The notes under the pieces are model-generated. The model ran no database searches and had not been told where the DNA came from. It saw only the letters and a list, made by a program, of their open reading frames with translations. From the NCBI GenBank assembly GCA_001643675.2, contig LSRY02000047.1, positions 124,001-188,000 on the forward strand: a DNA stretch of 64,000 nt, written 5' to 3'. Position numbers and translations under genes: made by a program. Below, piece by piece: positions 10,179 through 22,000 of the stretch. Position 1 is the stretch's first letter, and the number at the start of each line of letters is the position of its first letter. This DNA comes from Monocercomonoides exilis PA203. Its lineage: Eukaryota; Protista; Preaxostyla.

Positions 10179-12415
10179 ATGTCCGATTGCTCATTAACCC
10201 CAGCTGATCCTGGATTTTCTGTAAGTTCATTTTTGCAAACTCCTTTCCTTACAGACATGTATCAATTGTGTGGGAAAATATTTTTAAAAGTTATTTTTAT
10301 TTAAATTTATCTTGGATAAAATTTTGAAGAACAATGTGCTATGCTTATTGGAGAGGTGGCATTCATAACAAAAAAGCTGCATTTGAATTATTTTTTCGAA
10401 AATGCCCATTTAAAGGCGAATATGCGATTTTCGCTGGTTTAGATACTGTATGAAACAAAAAACAATTGACGCTATAATTTTTTTAATTTGGATTAAATGT
10501 TAAAACACAACCTTAAACCGACTTTGCATGTAGGTTCTTAGATTTTTGGAAAAATTCCATTTCAGCGATAGTGATATCGAATATTTAAAAACAATCATTC
10601 CACATGCAGAACCAGAATTTTTTGAATATGTTAAGGGGATAGATGGCTCGTGCCTAAAAGTTTATTCACTTCGCGAAGGTACGATGTGTTTTCCATCTGT
10701 TCCACTTCTTCGTGTTGAAGGACCCCTTGCTGTTGCTCAGCTTGTTGAAACAACACTTCTTAACATCATTGGATTCCCAACACTTGTCGCAACAAATGCA
10801 GCTCGAATGAGGCACGTGGCTGGACCAGAAAAAACACTTCTCGAATTTGGTTTAAGAAGAGCACAAGGACCAGATGGTGGTATGTCTGCCTCTGTATATG
10901 CGATTATGGGAGGATTTGACAAAACGTCAAACGTATTGGCGGGGAAATTATTTGGACTGGAGCTTAGCGGAACTCACGCACATGCTTTTGTGATGTCTTA
11001 TCAGAATATGAAGGATGTGAAAAACAGAAAACTGAGGCGAAATATCAAAAAGGAAATTGCTTCTTCTTCTTCTTCTTCTTCTTCTTCTTCATGCCCATCG
11101 TTGGAGGAAAGCATCTCGAGCGAGGCTGAAGAAGTGGATTTTGTCGAGCTTGTTCTGTCGATCAAATCACGTCTTGGGATTGACGGGACGCAAGAGGGAG
11201 AGCTGGCGGCATTCACCGCGTATGCCATTTCATTTCCCAACGGGTTCTGTGCGTTGGTGGATACCTACAACACTCTGAAGAGCGGCGTGCCCAACTTCAT
11301 CTGCGTGAGTGTGGCGCTGGTGGAGTGCGGGTACGAGCCCGGGTCAGTGCGGCTGGACAGCGGGGATCTGGCGTATCTGAGCATCAAGTCGAAGGAGATG
11401 TTCAGGGAATATGCAGAGAAGGCAAACTGTGAGAAGCTGAAGGAGGCGCAGGTGGTGGCGTCGAATGACATTAATGAGACAACCATCGTTGCACTGAATG
11501 AGCAGCACCATCAGATTGATGTGTTTGGGATTGGGACGAATCTGGTTTGACATTCTTAATACTGTTAATGATTTTGAAAGGACATTTTTTTATTTTTATT
11601 TATTTATTTATTTATTCACCAATTTGATATTTATAACTAATATTATTGTTTCACAAATAGGTCACATGTCAAGGCCAACCGTCTCTTGGCTGCGTCTACA
11701 AACTGGTTGAGTTGGAAGGATCACCTCGAATTAAGTTGAGTGATGAAGTTTGTATTCTTTTTTTCTTTTTTTCTATTCTCTTCCTTTTCATGAATGCTAT
11801 TCATATTTATTTAATATCTCATCTTTGCTAAATTTATGCAATGTTGATTTTATGCCTTGAATATCCTGAAACATTCTTAATTCGATTCTGAACATTTTTT
11901 ATTCTGATCAAATTCTTTCTCAACTTCAATTGAATTTTCTCTTTTCTCTCTCTTTCTCTCTTTCTTTCTCTCTCTCTTTCTCTCTCTCTCTTATTCAGAT
12001 GGGCAAAACAACCCTCCCCTCGCGCAAAGTAGCCTTCCGCCTGCACTCGTCCGACGACCGCCCTCTTCTAGACATTCTGGTGCGTGTCGAAGCCGACGAC
12101 ACATTCAAAGCGCCTCAGTCAGGCGAGAAAGTGCTGTGCCGCCATCCGTTTGTGGAGTCCAAAAGATGCTATGTGATTCCCGAGCGTGTGGAGCAGCTGC
12201 ACAGCTGCGTGTGGGACGGGCGCTGTCTGATGGAGAAGCGCTACTCGTGTGTGGAGATCAGAGACTATGTAAATGCGCAGATGAATGCGCAGAGGGAGGA
12301 CAGGCTCAGGATCATCAACCCGACGCCGTACAAAGTGTCGCTCACACAGGACTTGTTTGAGCACACGCACGAGCTGATGATGGAGTGCATGCCGATCCCT
12401 GTTCTGGAAATGTAA
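10179..12415 (+). CDS. NAPRT: Nicotinate phosphoribosyltransferase, 5 exons
   Basis: GT-AG introns 10268-10329, 10448-10533, 11545-11660 and 11748-11998 join in frame to give [82 protein letters not shown] and [12 protein letters not shown]. Confidence 0.95.
11941..11990 (+). repeat. Imperfect (CT)n microsatellite forming the polypyrimidine tract of NAPRT intron 4
   Basis: Read directly; lies just upstream of the ttattcag acceptor ending at 11998. Confidence 0.85.
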
Positions 12416-13089
12416 TAAATAAATAAATAATTAAATAAATAAATTAATTTTGATGAAATGAATTGAAATGAAATGAAAATTATTGGAAACATTTCCAAAG
12501 ACAGACAAGGAACATATTTATTCAATAACCTCTAAGATTGTCAGAGCAGTTCTTTTTCTTATTTTGTATCATCTTTTCTTCATCGCATACATATTCACTC
12601 ACTTTTTCACCGCTCAGTAAGCATTCAGTTTGTTGCAGATGAAAGATGGAAATCAACTTTTTTGATCACATTTCTTATTTTTATTTTTTATTTAATCTTA
12701 CAGTATAGGTGTTTTTTACATAGTGTTATTTGATCTTGTTTTTCAGTTGATTTCGTTATATAGTTAAATCTTCGATTCAAAATTTGTATGAAAATTTTTT
12801 TAGCGTTTCTTGTTTTTTCATTACATTTTTTACAAGCATCATTATTTATCTTCTTCTTCCTTTAATACTCTTTTTCAATCAATTTAATATCTCAGCTTTT
12901 TGTTTGTGTTGAAGTTGTAAAAGCTAAGATCTTTGAATATTTATTTTAATTTTTTTCTTAAAGCGAATTCTTTGATTTTATGTTTTGTTTCCCTTTCATT
13001 CTGTCAATAAAAATGCTTATTAACTGTCTTATAACAATTTCTAATCAAACTTCAAATCATTCAGAAAAGGGTATTGATCAGATTAAGAA

Positions 13090-13905
13090 ATGTCAAATCA
13101 TGCTGAAAAAGTTCTAAAAGCAAACAACAAAAAGAGGCTTCAAATTATCATTTGCGCTTGCCTTTTTTCTACGGTAAAATTTTCATTTTGGATTGATAAG
13201 ATGATTTTATTTTTGTAACAACACATTCATAAATTATTATTTGCTATTTTAAATAAAAACAAAGATTTTAGGGTTGTTCTTCAGAATACTATTTATAGTG
13301 AGAAAGAAGGCAACTATAGGATTCTGGTCAGATTGGCTTTGGTTTATTTTAACTTCTGTTCTGCTCTTTTTCATTACCAAAATGTTCATGGGAATGGTAA
13401 AAAGAGACGAGGATATTTGCATGTCTTCAGGAATCCTTGGGTTTGATTTTTGTGAAGAAAAGCTCGTTTCATTTATTTATAAATTATTTCTATTATTTCA
13501 GCTATGTTTATGATATCCTTATTTTGAGTGTCATTTCACAAGGGCTAGCTTGGATCAGTCCAAAGTTTTGGTTGATATATGTGAGCGTATGCTTCTTTCT
13601 TTATACGAAATTGGTTCTTTTGCTATCTTTTGTTTTCTTTTTTGCTTTCTTTCTGATTGCCTTTTTTATCAAGATCCCATCATACGGACTTTATTATCTT
13701 TTCAAAAGTCAAATGGCAAAGTCTGATGAGTACACAAAACCACTTGTTTGTTACTTTTATTAACCCATTTAATAATCTTCATCATCGTTTTTAAACACAG
13801 ACTGAACAAGAGAAAAAAATGCAAGAAAAAATGCAACAGAAGGCAGACAGGCAACAACAGAGAAGAGAAAATCGTAGAAACAAAGTGAAAGTGATAAGAA
13901 GATAA
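13090..13905 (+). CDS. TMEM208: TMEM208/SND2 (DUF788) SRP-independent ER-targeting membrane protein, 5 exons
   Basis: Introns 13174-13264, 13441-13501, 13587-13673 and 13746-13800 give MSNHAEKVLKANNKKRL...YVYDILILSVISQGLAWISPKFWLIYVSIPSYGLY... with a basic QEK..RR tail, matching the DUF788 pattern. Confidence 0.8.
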
Positions 13906-14273
13906 CAATTTGAAGTAATATTGTAACATTAAAGAAGGAGTTTGAGTTTTCTCAAATTAATAAACAAAAGAACTGCAAATTTTAAATTGGATTGTAAACT
14001 CAAGCCTCAATCGAATGATTTCATTTCACATCTGTGTTCATTTATGACTCACATTAATTGATTTTTCCAAACTCGTTTTATCCCTACTCAGTTGTCTGAC
14101 AGGTTTTCCAAAATTTAAAAAGGCGAATTTTTTTTTAATAAAAGTTCTGATTTGTTTTAACAAAAATGTGATTTTCATTTTTTCAGAAAATTTAAAAATG
14201 CAAGTTAATTAATGTGCAACAAAAATTTTTGAAATGCATTTCATGCTCATTCTGCAAATAAATAACGTGATCA

Positions 14274-15242
14274 TCACTTTGAAAAATTTAATAACTTCAC
14301 TACATTAAAAATAATTGTTAAAAGTAGAACAGCAATCAGAAAAGTGGCTAATATCCATAGAGGAGGCAAAATCGGATATTTATATGTAATTTCATTTTTA
14401 ATGTTTTCTATTAAAGCATCAACTTGCTTATGAAGATTATCCAATGATCCGTCATTGTGAATCACATAGTCTGAACGTTTTTCTTTTTCAGAAGTTGGCA
14501 TTTGTGTACGTCTATCAGAAACAGTATTTTTATGTAGAAAAAGTTAAAAAGTCGATGCAAACATTCTTTTCAAAGCTTCTTCTTCTGAAAAATTATTTCG
14601 AATTTTTAATCTTTGAACTTGGACTAATTCAGGTGCAGATACTGTTATCCTTTTGGCTTTGAAAACGTAAAACGGAATCATTCAAAAAATTTTAGCAAAG
14701 CATACATGTGATTAATGTAGAAATTAACCCTGATTCAAACAACAAAGGAACGTCAAGAATAATGCATTGAGAACCTTTCAAATAATATTTTATTGAGCGA
14801 ATAAGAATTACTTCAAAAACAAGTCTTTGAACTGATTAAAGCTCTTAAATTACGATCAAATAGCAAACTTGTGAACAGCAGAATTAAGCTTTTTTCTTTT
14901 TGCCTCGTCTTCAAAAACTATGGAGGCAAGTCTTTGTCTATCTGAATCATTCAATATTTGGAAAAAACCGAAATATGAACAACCTCAAAACCTATTTCTC
15001 CATTTTCTTTAAGGGCATTTTTCCCAAACAAACGGATAACTGCATCATATCCTTTGTGACCTTGTTGATACAGCTTGAAAAAAAAAAGAAAAGAAAAGAA
15101 AAATGAAATAATAATTATCAAATAAATTTTAAACTTCAGTAACGATTGCATCTGCATCAATGATAGGAAAATGCGATGATAAAATCTTTGATACTGTTGA
15201 TTTACCACAAGCTATTCCTCCAGTTAATCCAATCACAAGCAT
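14274..15242 (-). CDS. DCAKD: Dephospho-CoA kinase (CoaE/DCAKD-like) with C-terminal TM helix, 6 exons
   Basis: MLVIGLTGGIACGKSTVS (P-loop), IIDADAI, IDRQRLASIVF, ILDVPLLFESG, QVQRLKIRN, QMPTSEKEKRSDYVIHNDG, joined through five short GT-AG introns. Confidence 0.93.
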
Positions 15243-16096
15243 GAAGAAATAATAATTTTCTTTGTGATCAAAAAACAACAAATTAGCAGTTATTTGAGAA
15301 TATGAAAGAGAAACAAAAATATCAAAATGAAAACAATGGTAAATAATCTAAAATTTCTATTTATAAAGAAAGTTTAAAAAAAAAACAATTTTTTGATAAA
15401 GAATAAAAAAACTGAATTGGAAAAATAAACGACAGAATAATAATCTCATTTATTTCGATTTTCATTTTAATAGAGAAGTACAGAACAATTCTCATTATAA
15501 ATAATTATTTTCTATTTTTCTGACAAATAAGTGAAATATTTTTTGAGTGAAATGTCGTTTTCATTTTTCACATGAAAAAGAGAAAGATTCCATTCTGACT
15601 TGCGTACTCACTTTTTCCTGCTGTGAAAGTGATTATTTCTTTTTCTGAATCTAGTTGCAAAGAATAATTATTTCTTTTACATTTCACACAGAATTTTTGC
15701 ATTTATGAAAAAATTTGATAGAAAGTTCCAAACGTTTTCTCGTATCAAATAATTGAAATTCTGGCACCCTCACGTGAAATGAAATATTGAAATATTCAAA
15801 AGTTGAGAATAATCTTTGAAAGCAATGTGTGGAACAGAATTCAAAATGCAAAATAATTCGTCAATTCTCTCAAATGAGGAAACATTCAATTTTAAACAAA
15901 CAGCAATATTTTATCATTTTGTCACTTTATTGTTTATCTTTTGTAATAAAAATAATACCACGATTTTTTTTGAATACACATGTATAATTTTTTCTGTTTG
16001 GCCCATTATATTTTTTACATTATCAAAAAACAAAAGAAATTCGCAAATTAAAACAATAAAAAATTCATTTCTTTTAGCTTTATTTATTGCATCCAT

Positions 16097-19000
16097 ATGT
16101 TAATAGTGTTCTTTCATTTGTGCTTGTTATTTTGGGTTTGTGTGCCAAATGATTGCTTCAATCACCATTTTGAGACTTTACCCCATTGTGAGTGGAATAT
16201 CCCATTTCCAAACCCTTCTCTTCATAAATCCAGTCAATCAAAAAAGGGTTCATTGGCAAGTCAGTTCTTTTATAAGGAAAGTGAGGAGGAAGAAAAAACA
16301 TGCGTAATTCCATCAAATCACCAGAAGTTGTTTAATGTTGTTAACTCTTCGGTGAATTTCAATCAATTGAACTTGTTGTCAAATTTCAAAACATGCTCCC
16401 TCAGTGGAGATTCGCTTTCATTGATGAACGTCTCGAGTTGCAGTTTTTTCATTTCGTCATCATCCTTGAGTCCATTCATCACATCTTCAGGCAAAGTCGC
16501 AATGTCAAAAATAAGAATCGTGCTGGATGCTCGTTCCCAAACAATCAGACAATCAATTGTTCATGTAGCAAAGTTCGGATCATTGACAATGAGCAACTCG
16601 ATGATGAAAAATGTTGCATTGGGAAAACTGAATGGAACCGTGTTGTATTCTGGAAAGGCATCAAATGTTGTGACAGATAGCTGTCAATTTCAGAACATTT
16701 CAATTGTTCATCATTCAGCTGATATCCGTCACAAAAAACAATCAGCAGAGTGTGTTGATATTTCTTCTTCATTTTTCGAAAACTGCATTCAGCCATATTA
16801 CGGATCAATTACAGCTCCATCCAGAATTTCTTTCACCGCAAAAAACTCATCTTTCAATTCATGCCAAAACAGCATCATTATCTCAAATGAGCCATTTGAT
16901 CAGAGGCAATCTTTCAATGAAGGAAACATTTCATTTGTTGATTGCTTCTTCAAATGCTTGTCACCAGGCAATCATGGAGGTGCTTTGTATGTCTCATCTG
17001 AAAATGTCATCTGCCTTATTTTGAGATGCCATTTTAATGAATGCTCTTGTGGAACACCAGATATCAATTGCAATGGAGGATCATTGTACTCCATATATTG
17101 CTGTAATGTGGAAATTTTTGATTCAAATTGCACATATTCAAATGGGTCTTTCTGCTGTGGAGGGATCACTTCTTATTCAGATCAACAGTTTTTCATGAAA
17201 AACTGCTATTTTTTCAATTGTTATTCTATTCACTATGCAGCCATTTTAATCGAGTTTCCTGATGGTTCTTTGGTTGATTCAACAGTTGTCTCCGCATGCA
17301 CTGCAACATATAATGCAGGTGCGTGTATTTATGCAGCAAAAGGAAAAGGACATATCACTGATAGTTGTTTTGAAGGTTGTGAATCTGGAAGATATGGGGC
17401 TTTAACATTCAACAACATTTATGGAGTCAATCACGGTGGAACAATAAAATACTGTTTTTTCGATGGAAATAAGGCAAGGAACTCAACAAATGGAGTTGAT
17501 ATATCGCTTTCGGAAAGTTGGGTTGGAAAATTGTCTGATTCAGATGTTATTGGGTGTTGTTCAACAAGCAGCCATCCTCGAGCAGTTGATGGCACAAACA
17601 ACAAGGATTATTGGCTTCCTGATGCTGTCACATCTTTAAATGGCTTTGATCAACTGTTTGTTTCCTGGCTGAGAGGAGCAGATGAATCTGGCTGTGGATA
17701 TCGGGCCAGACCATTCAAAACCATTGGACATGCATTGATCAAGCGTTCAACACAAAATGTGGTTGTTTTCAGCGGGCATTATGAAGAAAGCAGCATTTCA
17801 ATTTATTCATTCAAAATGGAATTCATAGGCCACAGATGCGACAACTCTGTTGTTCGCTCCAGAGATGTGACTTCAGGAGAGTCACTCATTTCAGTGGATA
17901 ATGGAGATCTCATCATGGAGGCATTCACCCTCATCCACGATTCTTCAACCTCAGCCAGTGGAAGCCTTTTGTCTGTGGATGGAAATGGCGCAGCAAAGCT
18001 GGAAGGATGCGAGATTCAAAGCGAATCTGAAAGCCCGGCACAGCCATTCAGTCGATCTTTGATTGAAACAAAAGGTGGATCAACAACAGTCATCAGCAAA
18101 TGCTTGTTCAAAAACATCTGCATGGAGAATATTCCCTTGATTTCAATGGAATCTGTGAACAATGTTGCCTTCTCAGGATCAGTGTTTGATGGCATTGTGC
18201 GAAAGTCAGGAAACGGTTCATTGGTTGAAGTGACTGTGGATGAAGGGGAGAAATTGAGTCTTGTGGATTTCAGGATATATAACTGCTCGTGTCTTGATGG
18301 AAATGGGGGTGCATTGATAGTGAAGATGAAAGATGGAAGCGAAGTGGCAATAGGCAACAAAAGCTCAAATGAATTTGGAAGTGGCTTCGAACAATGCAAG
18401 GCAAATAAAGGAGCAAATGAAAGAGGTGTTGGTGGAGGAATCATGATTGACTGCACAGCTGGAGGGAAGGCTTTTGATTTTGGAAATATCATCTTCACAG
18501 GGAATCAAGCAGTGTTTGGAAAGAATGTGTTTGTGATTGCCACAGGGGTTGAAGAGTTGTGTTCTCGCTCAAAGTTTGGGTTTATTCTTGATGAGAATTC
18601 ATTGGATGAGCTGATGGGATTTGAGGAATGCGAAATAGGTGCTGCAATCCCTCTGGTTTTGTTTTGGAAACCATATCCATCAGTTGTTGTTGTGAGTGGG
18701 TCAACTGGCTCAGATCATTTGAAATGTGGATTTTCAGTGTCTCCATGCAGATCCTTGCAATATGCTGAAAAGACAAATTTCGGCTCTTCCGCAAGAAAAA
18801 TCAAAATAGTCCCACCTTTCAAGTTTGATTGTTCATCTGTTTTAGAAACCAGGGATTGTGAGATTTCTGTTGAAAGGAAGGGGACAGTGATTGAAGTTGT
18901 TGGGGATTCATCGTCTCCTGAGAATGGATTTGTTGAAACAAGAATAAATGCAACATTCTCAAACATATCGTTCTCTCTTCCATCCTCGTTGCCTCAGAGC

Positions 19001-22000
19001 AAGCCATTTCTGTGCTGCACTTCACATTCGTTGAATATCCACAACTGTTGTGTTGTTCCGTCTGAAAGTGATGTGGTTGTTGAATACAGCTTTTGCTGTG
19101 TCCTCAGTGGGGCATTGAGCCTTGATCAATTCGAAATTGCAGACATGTGCTTCGGTGGCTTTCCTTTTATTTGCGTGTGTGGAGAGAATGCAGAAGGAAC
19201 ATTGGAAACAGCGTTTCTGAGGAATGTTTCAAGCAATTCAAAGGATGGGCTGATTACAGCAGAGGAAAGAGGATCCATTTTCATCCAAAACTCTGAATTT
19301 TCATCCTGTGCATTGGACAATTGCAGTATCGTGCTCGTGATAAACGGAAATTTTGTGAATATCACAAACACTGATTTTCATTCAATAACTCGCCAGAAGC
19401 AAAATGGTTCTTGTCTTTGCATTTCGAGTGAAGACAACTCTGAATCTGTGTCTGTCAATGTTTCAAATTGTGAATTTGTGAATTGTGGTGTTGAATCAGA
19501 ATCAAACGGAGGAGGAGGAATTTATGTCAGTTCAGGAGATCAAAGCTCATTGACAGTTGAACAATGCAGTTTCACTTCTTGCCATGCGCCTTGGTCTCAG
19601 CAAGGAATCACAAAGAACGGAAGAGGTGGTGCACTGTTTCTTGATTTGTTTGGCGAGAATCCCTCATTCACAATTACAAATCCCACATTCTCAAACAACA
19701 AAGCAGAATTTGGAAAGAATATATTTCTGAAGTGCAAAGATCTGAATTCCACTGCCACAAACGATAAATTTGCGTTTCAATATGGGAATATGGTGAGTGA
19801 TGAAACACTGTTCGTTGGAAGTGACACGAAATTCTTGAACACAGATCTTTTCCGATTCCTCATCAAGTTTGAGAGTGGAACTGTGTTTGTGTCTGAAGAC
19901 GGGGCTGATGTTTTGAGATGTGGAAGCAACAAAGATCCTTGCAAATCCTTTTGGAAAGGGATGAAGCAAATCAAGTCCGATTCAGAAGAAAAGAAAATTA
20001 AACTGAAAGGAGAGTGTTCAATTTGTGATGAATTTGGTATTTCTGATTTGACAATTGAATCATCAACAAGCACAATCGATGAGCCTGAAATGAGCACTTT
20101 GATGTTTGAGAATGTGCTTCCTGATAAAAATGTGCTGTTGAATGTTAATCCCAAGGTGACAATTAATCATGTTCGAATATCCACAAGGTCAGATTTTGTG
20201 TGCCTGAATTACGCTCTCATTGCCTGCCAAAATGGAAGCATTACAATGATGAGTTGCCAGTTCCACTCACTTGCTCCACACACAAATCCCCTTTCTGTTG
20301 CATTTGTCCAGATTTTTGAGGGATTTTTGATGATTCAAGGTTTGGGAGTGGAGTCAATAAACATTGAGAGAAGCATGATCGAGGCATCCAACAAAGTGAA
20401 TGTTGGTGTAATTGATATGAAAATCCAATCAGTGAATCTGACTGATGGAAGTCTTGTGAATGTTGTCTCTATTCCAACAGGTGAAAGAAACGAAGAGAAA
20501 AAACAGATTCAAATCAATTCCTCATCATTTCTTTCAGTGAACGGAAAGACTGACGAGAGCCGTATTCTGAGTTGCATCGACTCGACAAGCACAAACATAT
20601 TTGTTGTGGAATCAAACTTTTCTGGATGCCAGTTACCAGAAACACAAAAAGGAGGATGCGTTTTCATTGAGCTGTGCGAGGGAGGCACGTTCAACTTGAA
20701 TGAATGCATTATTGAAATGTGTGGGTGCTCGACAACAAATGGAAGGGGAGGTGGACTATATTTGAGAACAGAACTCACAACAAAGCTCAGCATCCACATC
20801 GAGCCATTGAAGTTCGAGGCCAATACAGCTCATGTGGGGCGTGACATGTTTGTTGAGTGCAGTGATCTGAACACACAACTGAACGAGACAATGTTCAAAA
20901 TGGATTTTGATCCGAGTGTTTTTGTTCGTCTGAATGCTTTGTATGGGATTGACCGAAACGAATTTTCATCTGAGCCTGTGAATCTTCTTGATTTTATTCT
21001 CATTTATCAGTCAGACACAATTATTGTGAGCGCAGAACAGACCAAAGGAGGAAGTGACACAAAGCAGTGCGGAACCCTTGCCCTTCCTTGTGCCACCATT
21101 GGCTACTCCCTCATCCATCTGACTCACAAAGTGGACAGTAGGCTTCTTGTCGATTTGAAGAGTGTGATAAACTGCGAAATCGAACTCTGCGATGTAACGA
21201 TGACGTCTCGAAAGAAGACAGCAGCTTCAATTGAAATTGAGGAAATCACAGAAATGGAAAAGAGTTGCATTGTTCAATGTTCTGGTTCAGTTGTTCTGAA
21301 ACAGATCTCTTTCAGCTTCCCAACAGAAATGACAACAGCTCACTCCTCATTCTTGTATTCAGAGCATGCAGCCCTCTCAATTGAAAGTTGTCAATTCTCA
21401 GGAAAGACAAGCATAGATAAATCCCACATTTCGTTTGCTCTCGTGGAAATACTTGATTCAGAATTGAGTGTCTTTGATCTGTTGATTGAAAACATCTCTG
21501 TTGCTCACCCTTTTCTGATTTGCATTCACTCGTTTTGTGGGAATATGTCTCTCGACAAGGTCAGAGTGAATTCTGTTCAAGTCGAGAAGAATGTGGTTCT
21601 TGTTGAAGGGAAAGAAAATGTTGACACTGATCTGGCTGGAGAATCTTTCGATTTTCTCCATTCAAAGTTCGAAAACATCAGCATTTCAAATGAAGAATCT
21701 TCAGTGATAAATGTTGACAAATGTTCCTGTCGTGTCAGCTGCTCCAATATTTCTGTTGTTCACAAAAGTGTGGCAAACAAAGAAGGAAGTGCTTTGACAA
21801 TGAGTTCACATCAAAACATTGTTCTGGATTCCTGTTTGTTTGATGGAACAATGAATGTTGGCAACGGAGGGGATGAGTCGAATTCTGGACAAAATGAGGT
21901 CTGTCGATGGAACGGATCAATGGTGGAACTGAAAGACTCATCAGCAACAGTGAAAGACACCATCATATCGAATGCCTCAAATGGAGCGTTGTCTGTGAGT

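Noticed and set aside
10179-15242. Cofactor gene cluster (NAD salvage plus CoA synthesis)
   Set aside because: Different pathways, opposite strands and separated by TMEM208; adjacency is probably chance.
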